26,629 nt of DNA from Chloroflexota bacterium (lineage in GTDB: Bacteria; Chloroflexota; Dehalococcoidia; UBA2979), in assembly GCA_027593235.1 (NCBI GenBank), contig JAQCIU010000041.1, positions 1 to 26,629 on the forward strand, given 5' to 3'. Under the pieces are notes generated by a model that saw only the letters and a program-made list of their open reading frames with translations, searched no databases and had not been told where the DNA came from. Positions 17,195 through 24,859 of this stretch are shown one piece after another. The first letter of the stretch is position 1, and each line of letters starts with the position of its first letter. A program made the position numbers and the translations under genes.

Positions 17195-18163
17195 ATGAAA
17201 GCAGCCGTCTACTACGAGACCGGCGATCCGAGCGTCTTCAAGTACGAAGACCTCCCCGATCCCACCTGCCACGCGCGCGGCATCCTCGTGCGCGTCGAAG
17301 CAATCAGCATCGAGGGTGGCGACGTCCTTTCGAGGGCTGGCGGGGAGCTGGCTACCTCGCCGCACGTCGTCGGCTATCAGGCGGCGGGCGAGATCATCGA
17401 GGTTGGCTCGGAAGTCACGGATCGCGCGGTCGGGCAGCGGGTGGTCACCATCTCGCCATTCGGCTCGCACGCCGAGCTGCGCTCGGTACCGGTGAATTCG
17501 TCCTGGCTGATCCCGGACGGCCTCTCCACCGAGGAGGGCGCGTGCGTTCCGATCCCCTTCGGCACCGCCGATGACTGTCTCTTTGAGTTCGGTCACCTCA
17601 AGGCCGGCGAGATGGTCCTGATCCAGGCCGCCACCAGCGGCGTCGGGCTGGCCGCCGTCCAACTCGCGAAGCGGGCGGGGGCCACGGTGATCGGTACCTC
17701 CTCGAGCGATGAGAAGCTGGAGCGGCTCCGCGAGTACGGCCTCGACCATCCCGTGAACTACCGCAGCGGTGACGTCGTCCGCGAGGTGATGAACCTGACC
17801 GAGGGTCGTGGCTGCGACCTCGTCGTCGACTCCGTCGGCGGTGAGGTGCTCCGGGGGAGCATTGCCGTTCTCGGCTACCGCGGGCGCGCCATCACCGTCG
17901 GCAACGTCAGCCGCGCGGACGGCAATCAAGTTGACGTTAGCTCGCTGTCGCAGGGCAATCGCTCGCTGACCGGCGTGTTCCTCGGCGCCGAGACGGCGCA
18001 GGGCCCACGTGCCTACGAGATGATTGCGAAGAACATCGCGGATGTTGCGAAGGGCGAACTGAAGGTCGTGATCGACAAACGCTTCCCGCTCGCCGAGGCG
18101 GCCGCCGCGCACGAGTACATCGAGAGCCGGCAGGCGTTCGGCCGCGTCCTGCTGATTCCCTAG
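17195..18163 (+). CDS. MDR-family (quinone oxidoreductase-like) NAD(P)H reductase
   Basis: MKAAVY, PHVVGYQAAG, LIQAATSGVGLAAVQLAK, DSVGG, FPLAEAAAAH..IESRQAFGRVLL. Confidence 0.92.
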   Translation: MKAAVYYETGDPSVFKYEDLPDPTCHARGILVRVEAISIEGGDVLSRAGGELATSPHVVGYQAAGEIIEVGSEVTDRAVGQRVVTISPFGSHAELRSVPVNSSWLIPDGLSTEEGACVPIPFGTADDCLFEFGHLKAGEMVLIQAATSGVGLAAVQLAKRAGATVIGTSSSDEKLERLREYGLDHPVNYRSGDVVREVMNLTEGRGCDLVVDSVGGEVLRGSIAVLGYRGRAITVGNVSRADGNQVDVSSLSQGNRSLTGVFLGAETAQGPRAYEMIAKNIADVAKGELKVVIDKRFPLAEAAAAHEYIESRQAFGRVLLIP

Positions 18164-18178
18164 CGATCGAGGGCAGAC

Positions 18179-19222
18179 GTGGCGATTGACCTCGGACACT
18201 GCGGGCGCTGCGGGACGCGGCTCGTCCCGTTCGAGCCGGAGCCCGCGCACGGGCAGTGCCCTGCGTGCGGCAAGCTGGAGTTCAATAACCCGATCCCGGT
18301 CGCGGGCATCCTCGTCGTTCGCGACGGCAAGGTGCTGCTCACCCGTCGCGCCATCGAGCCGCGCGCCGGCTACTGGGCCTTTCCCGGCGGCTTCGTCGAG
18401 CGAGGCGAAACCATCGAGGCCGCCGCCCTCCGCGAAACCCGCGAGGAGGTGAACCTCGAGGCGCGCATCACCGGCATCGTCGGCCGCCCCCACACCATGA
18501 TCGAGGAGGGCCACGTGGTGATCGCCTTCCGAGGTGAGGCCACCGGTGAGCCGCTCCCCGGTCCCGAAGTCTCCGCGGTCGCCTGGTTCGCCCCCGACGA
18601 GATCCCCTGGCCCGACATCGCCTTCCACACCACCACCGAGGCGCTGCGCGCCCTGATCGCCGAAGGCCTCGCCTCGGACCCCGCACACCGCCACGAGGTC
18701 CTCTTTGGCGGCAGTCCGTCGCCAATCGAGCTGCCGAGCCGCTGCCGGCGCTGTGGCGACCTACTCCGCGCCGCCGCTGCTCACGAGGATGGACACGGCA
18801 TCTGCACCGCCTGCGCGCGCCCGCACTGGGAGAACCCGGCGGCCGGCGCCAGCCTGCTCGTGATCCGTGACGGTCGGGTGCTCCTCGGCCGTCGCGGCAA
18901 GGAGAGCCGCCCGGGCTACGGCCTCTGGGCCGGACCCGCCGGCTTCGGCGAACTCGGCGAATCGATCGAGGACACCGCTCGCCGCGAGCTGTTCGAGGAA
19001 ACCGGACTCCATGGCGAGATCACCGGCCTCATCTCCATCTACACCGGAAGCCGCCACATCGAGATCGCGTACCACGGCGTTGCCGAGGGCCCGCCAGTCC
19101 CCACGGAGGAGTTCCCAGAACTGCGCTGGTTCGCCGCGAGCGAGCTGCCATTCGGGGGCATGTTCGATAGCTGCACGACCTCGGTCGAAACACTCGCGCA
19201 GCGCGGCCTACTCTTCGGCTGA
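18179..19222 (+). CDS. NUDIX hydrolase with two tandem zinc-ribbon + NUDIX modules
   Basis: CGRC/CPAC then GGFVERGETIEAAALRETREEVNL; CRRC/CTAC then AGFGELGESIEDTARRELFEETGL. Confidence 0.92.
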   Translation: MAIDLGHCGRCGTRLVPFEPEPAHGQCPACGKLEFNNPIPVAGILVVRDGKVLLTRRAIEPRAGYWAFPGGFVERGETIEAAALRETREEVNLEARITGIVGRPHTMIEEGHVVIAFRGEATGEPLPGPEVSAVAWFAPDEIPWPDIAFHTTTEALRALIAEGLASDPAHRHEVLFGGSPSPIELPSRCRRCGDLLRAAAAHEDGHGICTACARPHWENPAAGASLLVIRDGRVLLGRRGKESRPGYGLWAGPAGFGELGESIEDTARRELFEETGLHGEITGLISIYTGSRHIEIAYHGVAEGPPVPTEEFPELRWFAASELPFGGMFDSCTTSVETLAQRGLLFG

Positions 19223-19255
19223 GCGTTAGCAGGTGGCCACCGGTGGAGCTGGTAG

Positions 19256-19852
19256 ATGGTGAGCAGCCGAGTTGGGACGGACACAGCGCCGTTGTACTCC
19301 GAGGAAGTGAGTCCCCCTCGGTGGTTCGTTGGTCTGCGTGTCGGTGTCGTGGTCGTGCTGTTGGTCCCGATCGTCTCGCGGTATTCGGTTCCGCTGTCGT
19401 TGCCCCCCGGCGCTCTCGTTGCTGTGCTCCTCGCGGCGGCCGGCGGGTGGCTGTATTGGACGCAGCGTGTGATCGGCACCCGCAGCATCCTGATTCAGCG
19501 GGGCTCGATGATCTTGCTAAAGGGGCCGCTGGATTTTCTGTCCTACGCAAACACGAACTACCCCGCACTCGCATCAGGGGACTCGGGACCGCTGGCAACG
19601 GGCATCGTGCTAGGTCGAAGCTCGCTCGTGCGGGCTGACCGCCTGCCGCTCATTGGTCACCTGCTTCCGCCAGTCCGCGACTGGTGGCCGTTCCGCAAGA
19701 CGTTTCACGTGTCGATGGTCCGCACGGGAGTCGAGATTCGGACGGATCGGGGCAGACGGCATCGCTTCTGGGTGTCCACGAGGCACCCGGACCAGGTGAT
19801 CGACGCCTCGCGCCTGGCGGGTGCCCGGATCGGCGCGTCGACGCCGGACTGA
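19256..19852 (+). CDS. Hypothetical membrane protein, DUF3093-like
   Basis: Two N-terminal TM helices. LYSEEVSPPRW at the start and FWVSTRHP near the end resemble DUF3093 termini. GGAG upstream; fills the gap on the operon strand. Confidence 0.6.
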   Translation: MVSSRVGTDTAPLYSEEVSPPRWFVGLRVGVVVVLLVPIVSRYSVPLSLPPGALVAVLLAAAGGWLYWTQRVIGTRSILIQRGSMILLKGPLDFLSYANTNYPALASGDSGPLATGIVLGRSSLVRADRLPLIGHLLPPVRDWWPFRKTFHVSMVRTGVEIRTDRGRRHRFWVSTRHPDQVIDASRLAGARIGASTPD

Positions 19853-19912
19853 CGTCCTGATCGGGGCCGTGTCGGTGTTGGGCTAGACTGCCCTGATGTG
19901 AGAGGAGCAGCG

Positions 19913-21004
19913 ATGACCGCGGCATCCGATAGGATCACACTCCCAATTCCCGACATCTACGCGCAGGCCCACGCCGCCGCGCTCGCCGGCTTCGTCCGGC
20001 CGGGCAGCCACCTCGATGGCCCCACCCGGCGCGCGATCGTCGAGGAGTCGCGAGCGGCCCGCGACTGCGCGCACTGCGCCGCCCGTGCCGAGGCGCTCTC
20101 CGCCGCGGTGGTAGACGGCGCCCACTCGACCGTCAGCGACCTCTCGCCACACCTCGTCGAGCTCGTCCACCGGCTCACCACCGACCCGGGCCGCCTGACC
20201 CACGCGTGGTTCGAGGGGACCATCGCCGGCGGCGTCACCGAACCCCAGTACGTCGAGATCGCCGGCTTGATCGGCACCTCGACGATCGCCGACACCTGGA
20301 CGACCGCCCTCGTTGGTGCCCCACCGGTGTTGCCGGCGGCGGAGCAACGAACTCCGAGTGGGGAAACGAACCCCCATCTCGCCGACATCGGTGCCTATGT
20401 GGGTGTCATGGACCTCGAACACCCGCTTCCGAGGTTCAAGGGCGCCCGCCAGTCCGCCAACATCACCCGCGCGCTCGCCCTCGTCCCCTCCGCCGTCGAC
20501 GAGTTCTGGGACCTCTTCATGCCCCACTACCGTCCGATGGCCACCGAGGACGGCGACGAGATGCAGCGCCCGCAGATCGAGCTGGTCGCCTCACGGACCT
20601 CCGCGCTCAACGAGTGCTTCTACTGAACGACCTTCCACTCAGACGCCCTCCGTGCGAGCGGCGAAGCACTCGATGAGGCCTACGAACTCGGCGCGGTTAC
20701 CCGTCAGGTCGACTCGGACGGCGGCGTCCGCCACGGCGCGTACCTGCTCGAACTGACCGAGGCGGTTATCAAGCGCCGTCCCGACGCGGTGGCCACCCTC
20801 CGAGGGCAGGGTGTCGCACTGCTCGGTGAGCACGGTTTCGTGCGCGCGATCGGGGTCGCCGCCGGCTTCGACGGCATCAACCGCGTCGCCGATGCGATTG
20901 GCATCCCGCTCGACGACCGCTTCTCCGCCCTCGATGACTCATTCTGGTCCGCCACGCACATCAACGAGTTCTCCGAGGGCGCTGTCGTCCGCATCCGGAG
21001 CTGA
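19913..21004 (+). CDS. AhpD/alkylhydroperoxidase-related protein with in-frame UGA (probable selenocysteine, U238); 363 aa
   Basis: ORF-track entries 19898-20626 and 20789-21004 are in the same frame, and only TGA 20624-20626 interrupts it. Readthrough gives RPQIELVASRTSALNECFY-U-TTFH, matching the AhpD CxxC-xxx-H motif. Second motif CAHC near the N-terminus. AGGAG RBS before ATG 19913; TAGACT -10-like hexamer at 19884-19889. Confidence 0.85.
20644..20663 (+). other. Candidate bacterial SECIS hairpin
   Basis: CGCC-CTC [loop CGTGC] GAG-(C bulge)-GGCG. The loop starts 24 nt after the UGA, with G at loop position 2 followed by U. Confidence 0.6.
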
Positions 21005-21125
21005 GCCCCCTCAGGGGCCACTGAACGTGGGGAAACCCGCCGATGGTCACCACAGACTCTGTCATCGGCTTGTAAGGACGGCGGCGTAGGCTCCAATGAC
21101 TCGGAACGTTCCCCCGGAGGCCTTG

Positions 21126-21815
21126 GTGACCGGTGCCCGCATCCTGGTGGTTGAAGACGAAACCAGCATTGCTGACGTCGTCGCACGCTATCTGCGCCGC
21201 GACGGCCACGAGGTCGATACCGTCGGCGACGGCACTACGGCGATTGAGCACTTCGAACGCGACAGCCCGGAGCTGATCGTCCTGGACCTGATGTTGCCCG
21301 GACTCGATGGCCAGGAGGTGCTGCGTCGCGTGCGCGCGCACGGCAACACCCCCGTCGTCATCCTCACCGCCAAGGGCGACGAACTCGATCGGCTGCTCGG
21401 CTTCGGCCTCGGTGCTGACGACTACGTCACCAAGCCGTTCAGCCCGCGCGAACTCGCGGCGCGCGTTCAGGCCGTGCTCCGCCGCGCCAACCAGGAGCCG
21501 CCATCCAGCTCTGGCAGCGGCATCCGTATCGGCGACCTCCTGATCGACGGCGCGACCCGCGAGGTCGAGCGTGCCGGCGAGTCAATCCCGATGACCGCGC
21601 GCGAGTTCGATCTCGTCTACTTCCTCGCGCAGCACCCGGGCCAGGTCTTCAATCGCGACCAGCTCATCGACGCGGTCTGGGACTATCACGCGATCAGTGA
21701 CCCCGGCACAGTCACCGTCCACATCCGTCGGATTCGCGCCAAGCTCGAACCTGACCCATCGCGGCCGCGCTACCTCAAGACCGTCTGGGGCGTGGGGTAC
21801 AAGCTTGAACCGTAG
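21126..21815 (+). CDS. OmpR/PhoB-family response regulator
   Basis: ILVVEDE, LIVLDLMLPGLDG, LTAK, GADDYVTKPFSPREL, TVTVHIRRIRAKLE, TVWGVGYK. GGAGG at 21116-21120 favours GTG 21126 over ATG 21096. Confidence 0.95.
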   Translation: MTGARILVVEDETSIADVVARYLRRDGHEVDTVGDGTTAIEHFERDSPELIVLDLMLPGLDGQEVLRRVRAHGNTPVVILTAKGDELDRLLGFGLGADDYVTKPFSPRELAARVQAVLRRANQEPPSSSGSGIRIGDLLIDGATREVERAGESIPMTAREFDLVYFLAQHPGQVFNRDQLIDAVWDYHAISDPGTVTVHIRRIRAKLEPDPSRPRYLKTVWGVGYKLEP

Positions 21816-21974
21816 CCAGGCGCTCCCGCCCGCGCGGTCCCCATTCGATCGGCGCTTGCTGCTCGCCGCGCTGGGGCGTCGATGGTGGTGGGCCTGCCAT
21901 GGCCGACAGACGGGCAGTGACCTCACCGACCGGCGATGCATCGACGGAGTGGGGTGCCCCCAGGCTGGTGTCGC

Positions 21975-22011
21975 CGCGCGACAGTGAGTCCGTCGAGGGC
22001 TCACTCGCGCG
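21975..22011. terminator. Hairpin between the convergent response regulator and tRNA-Cys
   Basis: CGCGCG-AC-AGTGAGTCC [GTCGA] GGGCTCACT-CGCGCG; no U tract. Confidence 0.4.
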
Positions 22012-22051
22012 AGGGGAGGGCGGCGGATTGCGGCGCGTGACGCGGGGTGGC

Positions 22052-22125
<74 letters not shown>

Positions 22126-22207
22126 CCGGCGCCGATCGCGTCAACGATTGTGCCGGGTCGCCGCTCCGCGCGCGAGCATCCCAGCTCGATGCCGGGCTCG
22201 TGCCGCC

Positions 22208-22807
22208 CTACGCCAGATCGGCCCCGGCGGCGATCGAGGGCTGTCGGTCGGTCGGCTCGAGCGCGAATCGCAACGACACGTAGATCAGGTAGCCCAGCAG
22301 CAGGTACAGCAGCGCGCTGGCCCAGCCCAGGCCGCTGGGGTCCGTCGCAACGAAGATCACCGCCCAGAACCCCGTCACAACCGCACCGGCCGCGGCCAGC
22401 AGCCAGCGGACCGCGCGTCCCGTACGCGCCCGGCTGCCCCGCCAAGCGAGGGCGAACTGACCGAGGAAGAAGATCGCGAACGGTCCCATGCCAACGAACG
22501 GGACATAAGCGAGTAGTCGGTGCCACCAGCGGCGCAGCCGGGAACCGCTGGGGGAGCGACGCGCCACGAAGGCGTATGCGGCCGCGCCGCCGAAGCCACT
22601 GACGACTACCAGGATGAAAATCGTTCCGGGCACGCTGAAGACGCGTTCGTCCGAAATGAGCCGCATCCAGACGCGGCCGACGATCGCCCAGAGCAAACCA
22701 AGCTGCGCGCCGATCACCATCGCGCGGCGCCGGCCGCCGGGTTCTCCGGCCGCCTGTGCGACGCGTTCGATCAACTCTGATTGGATCGCTGCGAGGCGGA
22801 ACAGCAT
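22208..22807 (-). CDS. Hypothetical polytopic membrane protein
   Basis: About 5-6 hydrophobic helices (GLLWAIVGRVWMRLIS...FSVPGTIFIL). GGAGGA RBS and its own promoter upstream. Confidence 0.8.
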   Translation of the reverse strand: MLFRLAAIQSELIERVAQAAGEPGGRRRAMVIGAQLGLLWAIVGRVWMRLISDERVFSVPGTIFILVVVSGFGGAAAYAFVARRSPSGSRLRRWWHRLLAYVPFVGMGPFAIFFLGQFALAWRGSRARTGRAVRWLLAAAGAVVTGFWAVIFVATDPSGLGWASALLYLLLGYLIYVSLRFALEPTDRQPSIAAGADLA

Positions 22808-22839
22808 TGCGGATCCTCCGTCCGTGGCAGGGCGGGAGG

Positions 22840-22869
22840 AGAATAGGAAGATATCTTCCTATAAGTCAA
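22840..22869 (-). promoter_or_regulatory. Promoter TTGACT-18-TATTCT overlapped by the perfect palindrome ATAGGAAGATATCTTCCTAT (22843-22862)
   Basis: Read directly. An AT-rich 20-bp perfect inverted repeat fills the spacer and overlaps the -10 element. Confidence 0.85.
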
Positions 22870-22881
22870 CCAGCGGCTCCG

Positions 22882-23607
22882 CTAGCGAATGTCCGTCTCG
22901 CCGCCGCGCCCGCCGCTGCGTCCGCCGCCGGGTCCAATGTCGGGTACCCCAGCGCCCCCGCGCGGCACCCGCAGTGCGGACCGCCAGCCGAGGGCCAGCG
23001 CCGCGATCGGCGCGACGACCGTCATCCACAGCAGCAACCCGAACAGCGCGCTGCCGCCGATCACCAGCGCGGCGCCACGCCGCGGTCGGCTGCCGACGAC
23101 GCGACCGCCGAGGGCGACCGCGCCGGCCGCGAGCAGCAGCAGGCTGCCCCACCACAGCAGCGCGTTCACCGGCGTGCCGGAGTTGTTCGTCGGCGCCGTC
23201 ACGATCACCAGTAGCCCGATCAGCCCGATCACCGCCGCCACGCTGCTCGTGATCCCCGGCAGCCCGCGCCGTCCCAGCCAGCGCGCGCCGCGTTCGCAGC
23301 GCCCGAGGATCGCCAGCGTTCCGTTGATCGCCCAGCCCGGCATCCGCGCGAGCCTCGATCGCTCCAGTCGCCAGGAGAGGTCCGCGGGCACGCCCAGGGC
23401 GCCGCGCGCCACGATCTCGGCGCTGACGGCACCGCCGGCGCCTGCGTGCACGTTGCGCAGGTCGTGAGCCTGCTCCCAGAGGTCCGAGGCGATCTCGTCG
23501 CGCCGCTCCGCACGGACCTCGGCGGGCAGCCCGGCGGTATAGCAGCGCACCCACAGCGCCACCAGGCGCACGCTGCGCGCGGCGGGGTGGTCGGCGACGG
23601 CGGTCAT
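22882..23607 (-). CDS. PadR-associated membrane protein
   Basis: Soluble helical N-terminus (LWVRCYTAGLP...RRDEIASDLWEQ...RGALGVPADLSWR) followed by about 4 TM helices. ATGA overlap with padR. Confidence 0.82.
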   Translation of the reverse strand: MTAVADHPAARSVRLVALWVRCYTAGLPAEVRAERRDEIASDLWEQAHDLRNVHAGAGGAVSAEIVARGALGVPADLSWRLERSRLARMPGWAINGTLAILGRCERGARWLGRRGLPGITSSVAAVIGLIGLLVIVTAPTNNSGTPVNALLWWGSLLLLAAGAVALGGRVVGSRPRRGAALVIGGSALFGLLLWMTVVAPIAALALGWRSALRVPRGGAGVPDIGPGGGRSGGRGGETDIR

Positions 23608-23966
23608 GCCGGCTGCAACCCGCTGGGATCGCGCGTCGCGCTCTGCGCCGCGCTGGCCGATCGCGCGGCCTCGACCGCGGCGATGCCCGCAGCGGTCACG
23701 GTGTACAGGCGACGGCGGGGCCGCCCCGCCTCCGCCGCGATCGCCGGGTCCTCCCAGCGGGAGGTGAGCATGCCCTGCGTGCGCAGCCGCTCCAGCGCCT
23801 TGTAGAGCGTCCCGTGGGAGGTCAACATGCGCGCGGCCTCCTGTTCACGGATCACGTGCGCGGCACGGTACCCGTGGAACTCCGCGGTACCGCTGGCGCG
23901 CAGCTCCAGGCCGGCGGCCAGGATGTTGAACTCGATCGGAAGCAGAGTGCCGGGCTTTCGTCTCAT
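23604..23966 (-). CDS. PadR-family transcriptional regulator (120 aa)
   Basis: FHGY, SHGTLYKALERL..QGMLTSRWE, GRPRRRLYTVTAAG. True start is ATG 23966, not the ORF-track 24218. Confidence 0.92.
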   Translation of the reverse strand: MRRKPGTLLPIEFNILAAGLELRASGTAEFHGYRAAHVIREQEAARMLTSHGTLYKALERLRTQGMLTSRWEDPAIAAEAGRPRRRLYTVTAAGIAAVEAARSASAAQSATRDPSGLQPA

Positions 23967-23972
23967 GCTCGA

Positions 23973-24002
23973 AGTATAGGAAGATATATTCCGTTCGTCA
24001 GC
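23973..24002 (-). promoter_or_regulatory. padR promoter with second operator copy ATAGGAAGATATATTCCGTT (23976-23995)
   Basis: 17/20 match to the 22843-22862 palindrome. TATACT -10 lies 6 nt before the ATG; a weak TGACG -35-like element lies upstream of the operator. Confidence 0.8.
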
Positions 24003-24030
24003 GAACGTAGCCCAACGAACGGAGGCGGCA

Positions 24031-24555
24031 GTGACACCACCGGCAACCACGACGGCCCAGCGGCACCCTCGAGGGCGCCAACCCGGCGGTCGAGGGCGAC
24101 GTGCCCCGCTGCTCCTGACGCTGCTGCTCCTGGCCGCGCTGCTTGCCTTCGCTGCCTGCCGCGACGACGCGGCTGCCGGCGTCGGACAGACCGCCGAGGT
24201 TGGCGATGCCGATCTCACCCTCGTCAGCTTCGAAGTCCTCGAGGCGGGGAGCTACTCCGCGCTCTCGAACGCGAATGCGCGGGCGCGCGTCCGCGTGGTG
24301 AACGCCCGCGGGAAGTCGGGGGAGGTCTACCGCTTCGCGCCTTTCGCGGCGTTCCGGCTCGACGACTCCACTGGCGTCGGGCGCGGTCCGTTGATCTGCC
24401 TCGCCTGCGAGGATCCCGCCGACGCGGTCGACCTCGCGGTCGGCGCCGAGATCAGCGGTTGGCTCTACTTCCGGCTGGAGGACGGGCAGCGAGCGGAGAT
24501 GCTGCGCTATTCGGCGCCGCTGTCTCGCAATCGCGCCGAGTTCGCGCTTGAGTAG
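24031..24555 (+). CDS. Lipoprotein, DUF4352-like Ig-fold
   Basis: Basic N-region, Leu-rich H-region, lipobox FAAC (Cys at 24157). GQTAEVG..LTLVS, FRLDDSTG, L..GAEISGWLYF. GGAGG RBS. Confidence 0.75.
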   Translation: MTPPATTTAQRHPRGRQPGGRGRRAPLLLTLLLLAALLAFAACRDDAAAGVGQTAEVGDADLTLVSFEVLEAGSYSALSNANARARVRVVNARGKSGEVYRFAPFAAFRLDDSTGVGRGPLICLACEDPADAVDLAVGAEISGWLYFRLEDGQRAEMLRYSAPLSRNRAEFALE

Positions 24556-24626
24556 CTCGAATCGCGGCGCCCCGCTCCTACAAAGTTCTTATCGTTCGCC
24601 AACCGCAAGGCCTCAAGACTGCGGAC

Positions 24627-24764
24627 GTGGGCAACCCGCTGATTGGCAACTCGCTGTTCGCACTGATCCTCGCGCTGCTGCACGCGCCGCCGATGGTGGC
24701 GTTGTTCTGGGCGCAGCGCTGGCTCCGCCGCCGCATGCACCTCCGCGTCGGCTCGCGCGCGTAG
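24627..24764 (+). CDS. Putative 45-aa single-TM small protein
   Basis: MGNPLIGNSLFALILALLHAPPMVALFWAQRWLRRRMHLRVGSRA; GC3-rich codons; fills an intergenic gap; no clear RBS. Confidence 0.5.
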   Translation: MGNPLIGNSLFALILALLHAPPMVALFWAQRWLRRRMHLRVGSRA

Positions 24765-24859
24765 CGGTCCTCGTGCCAACCGCGCGGCCCCGATCGTCGA
24801 GGACGATAGGGAAGTCCACGATCGGACGGCGGATCGGTTCAGCCGACGATCGCCGTGTG

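Noticed and set aside
19220-19255. Sec readthrough at other TGA stops (e.g. NUDIX 19220-19222)
   Set aside because: The domains are complete, there is no redox-motif context, and the NUDIX frame closes again within about 11 codons.
23967-24218. ORF-track N-terminal extensions of padR (and of the deacetylase, 26141-26422)
   Set aside because: They overlap divergent real genes and promoters; better-supported starts lie at 23966 and 26140.
24570-24605. Minus-strand peptide ANDKNFVG resembling a tmRNA tag
   Set aside because: No terminal ALAA-stop and no tRNA-like ends; it lies within a probably spurious ORF.
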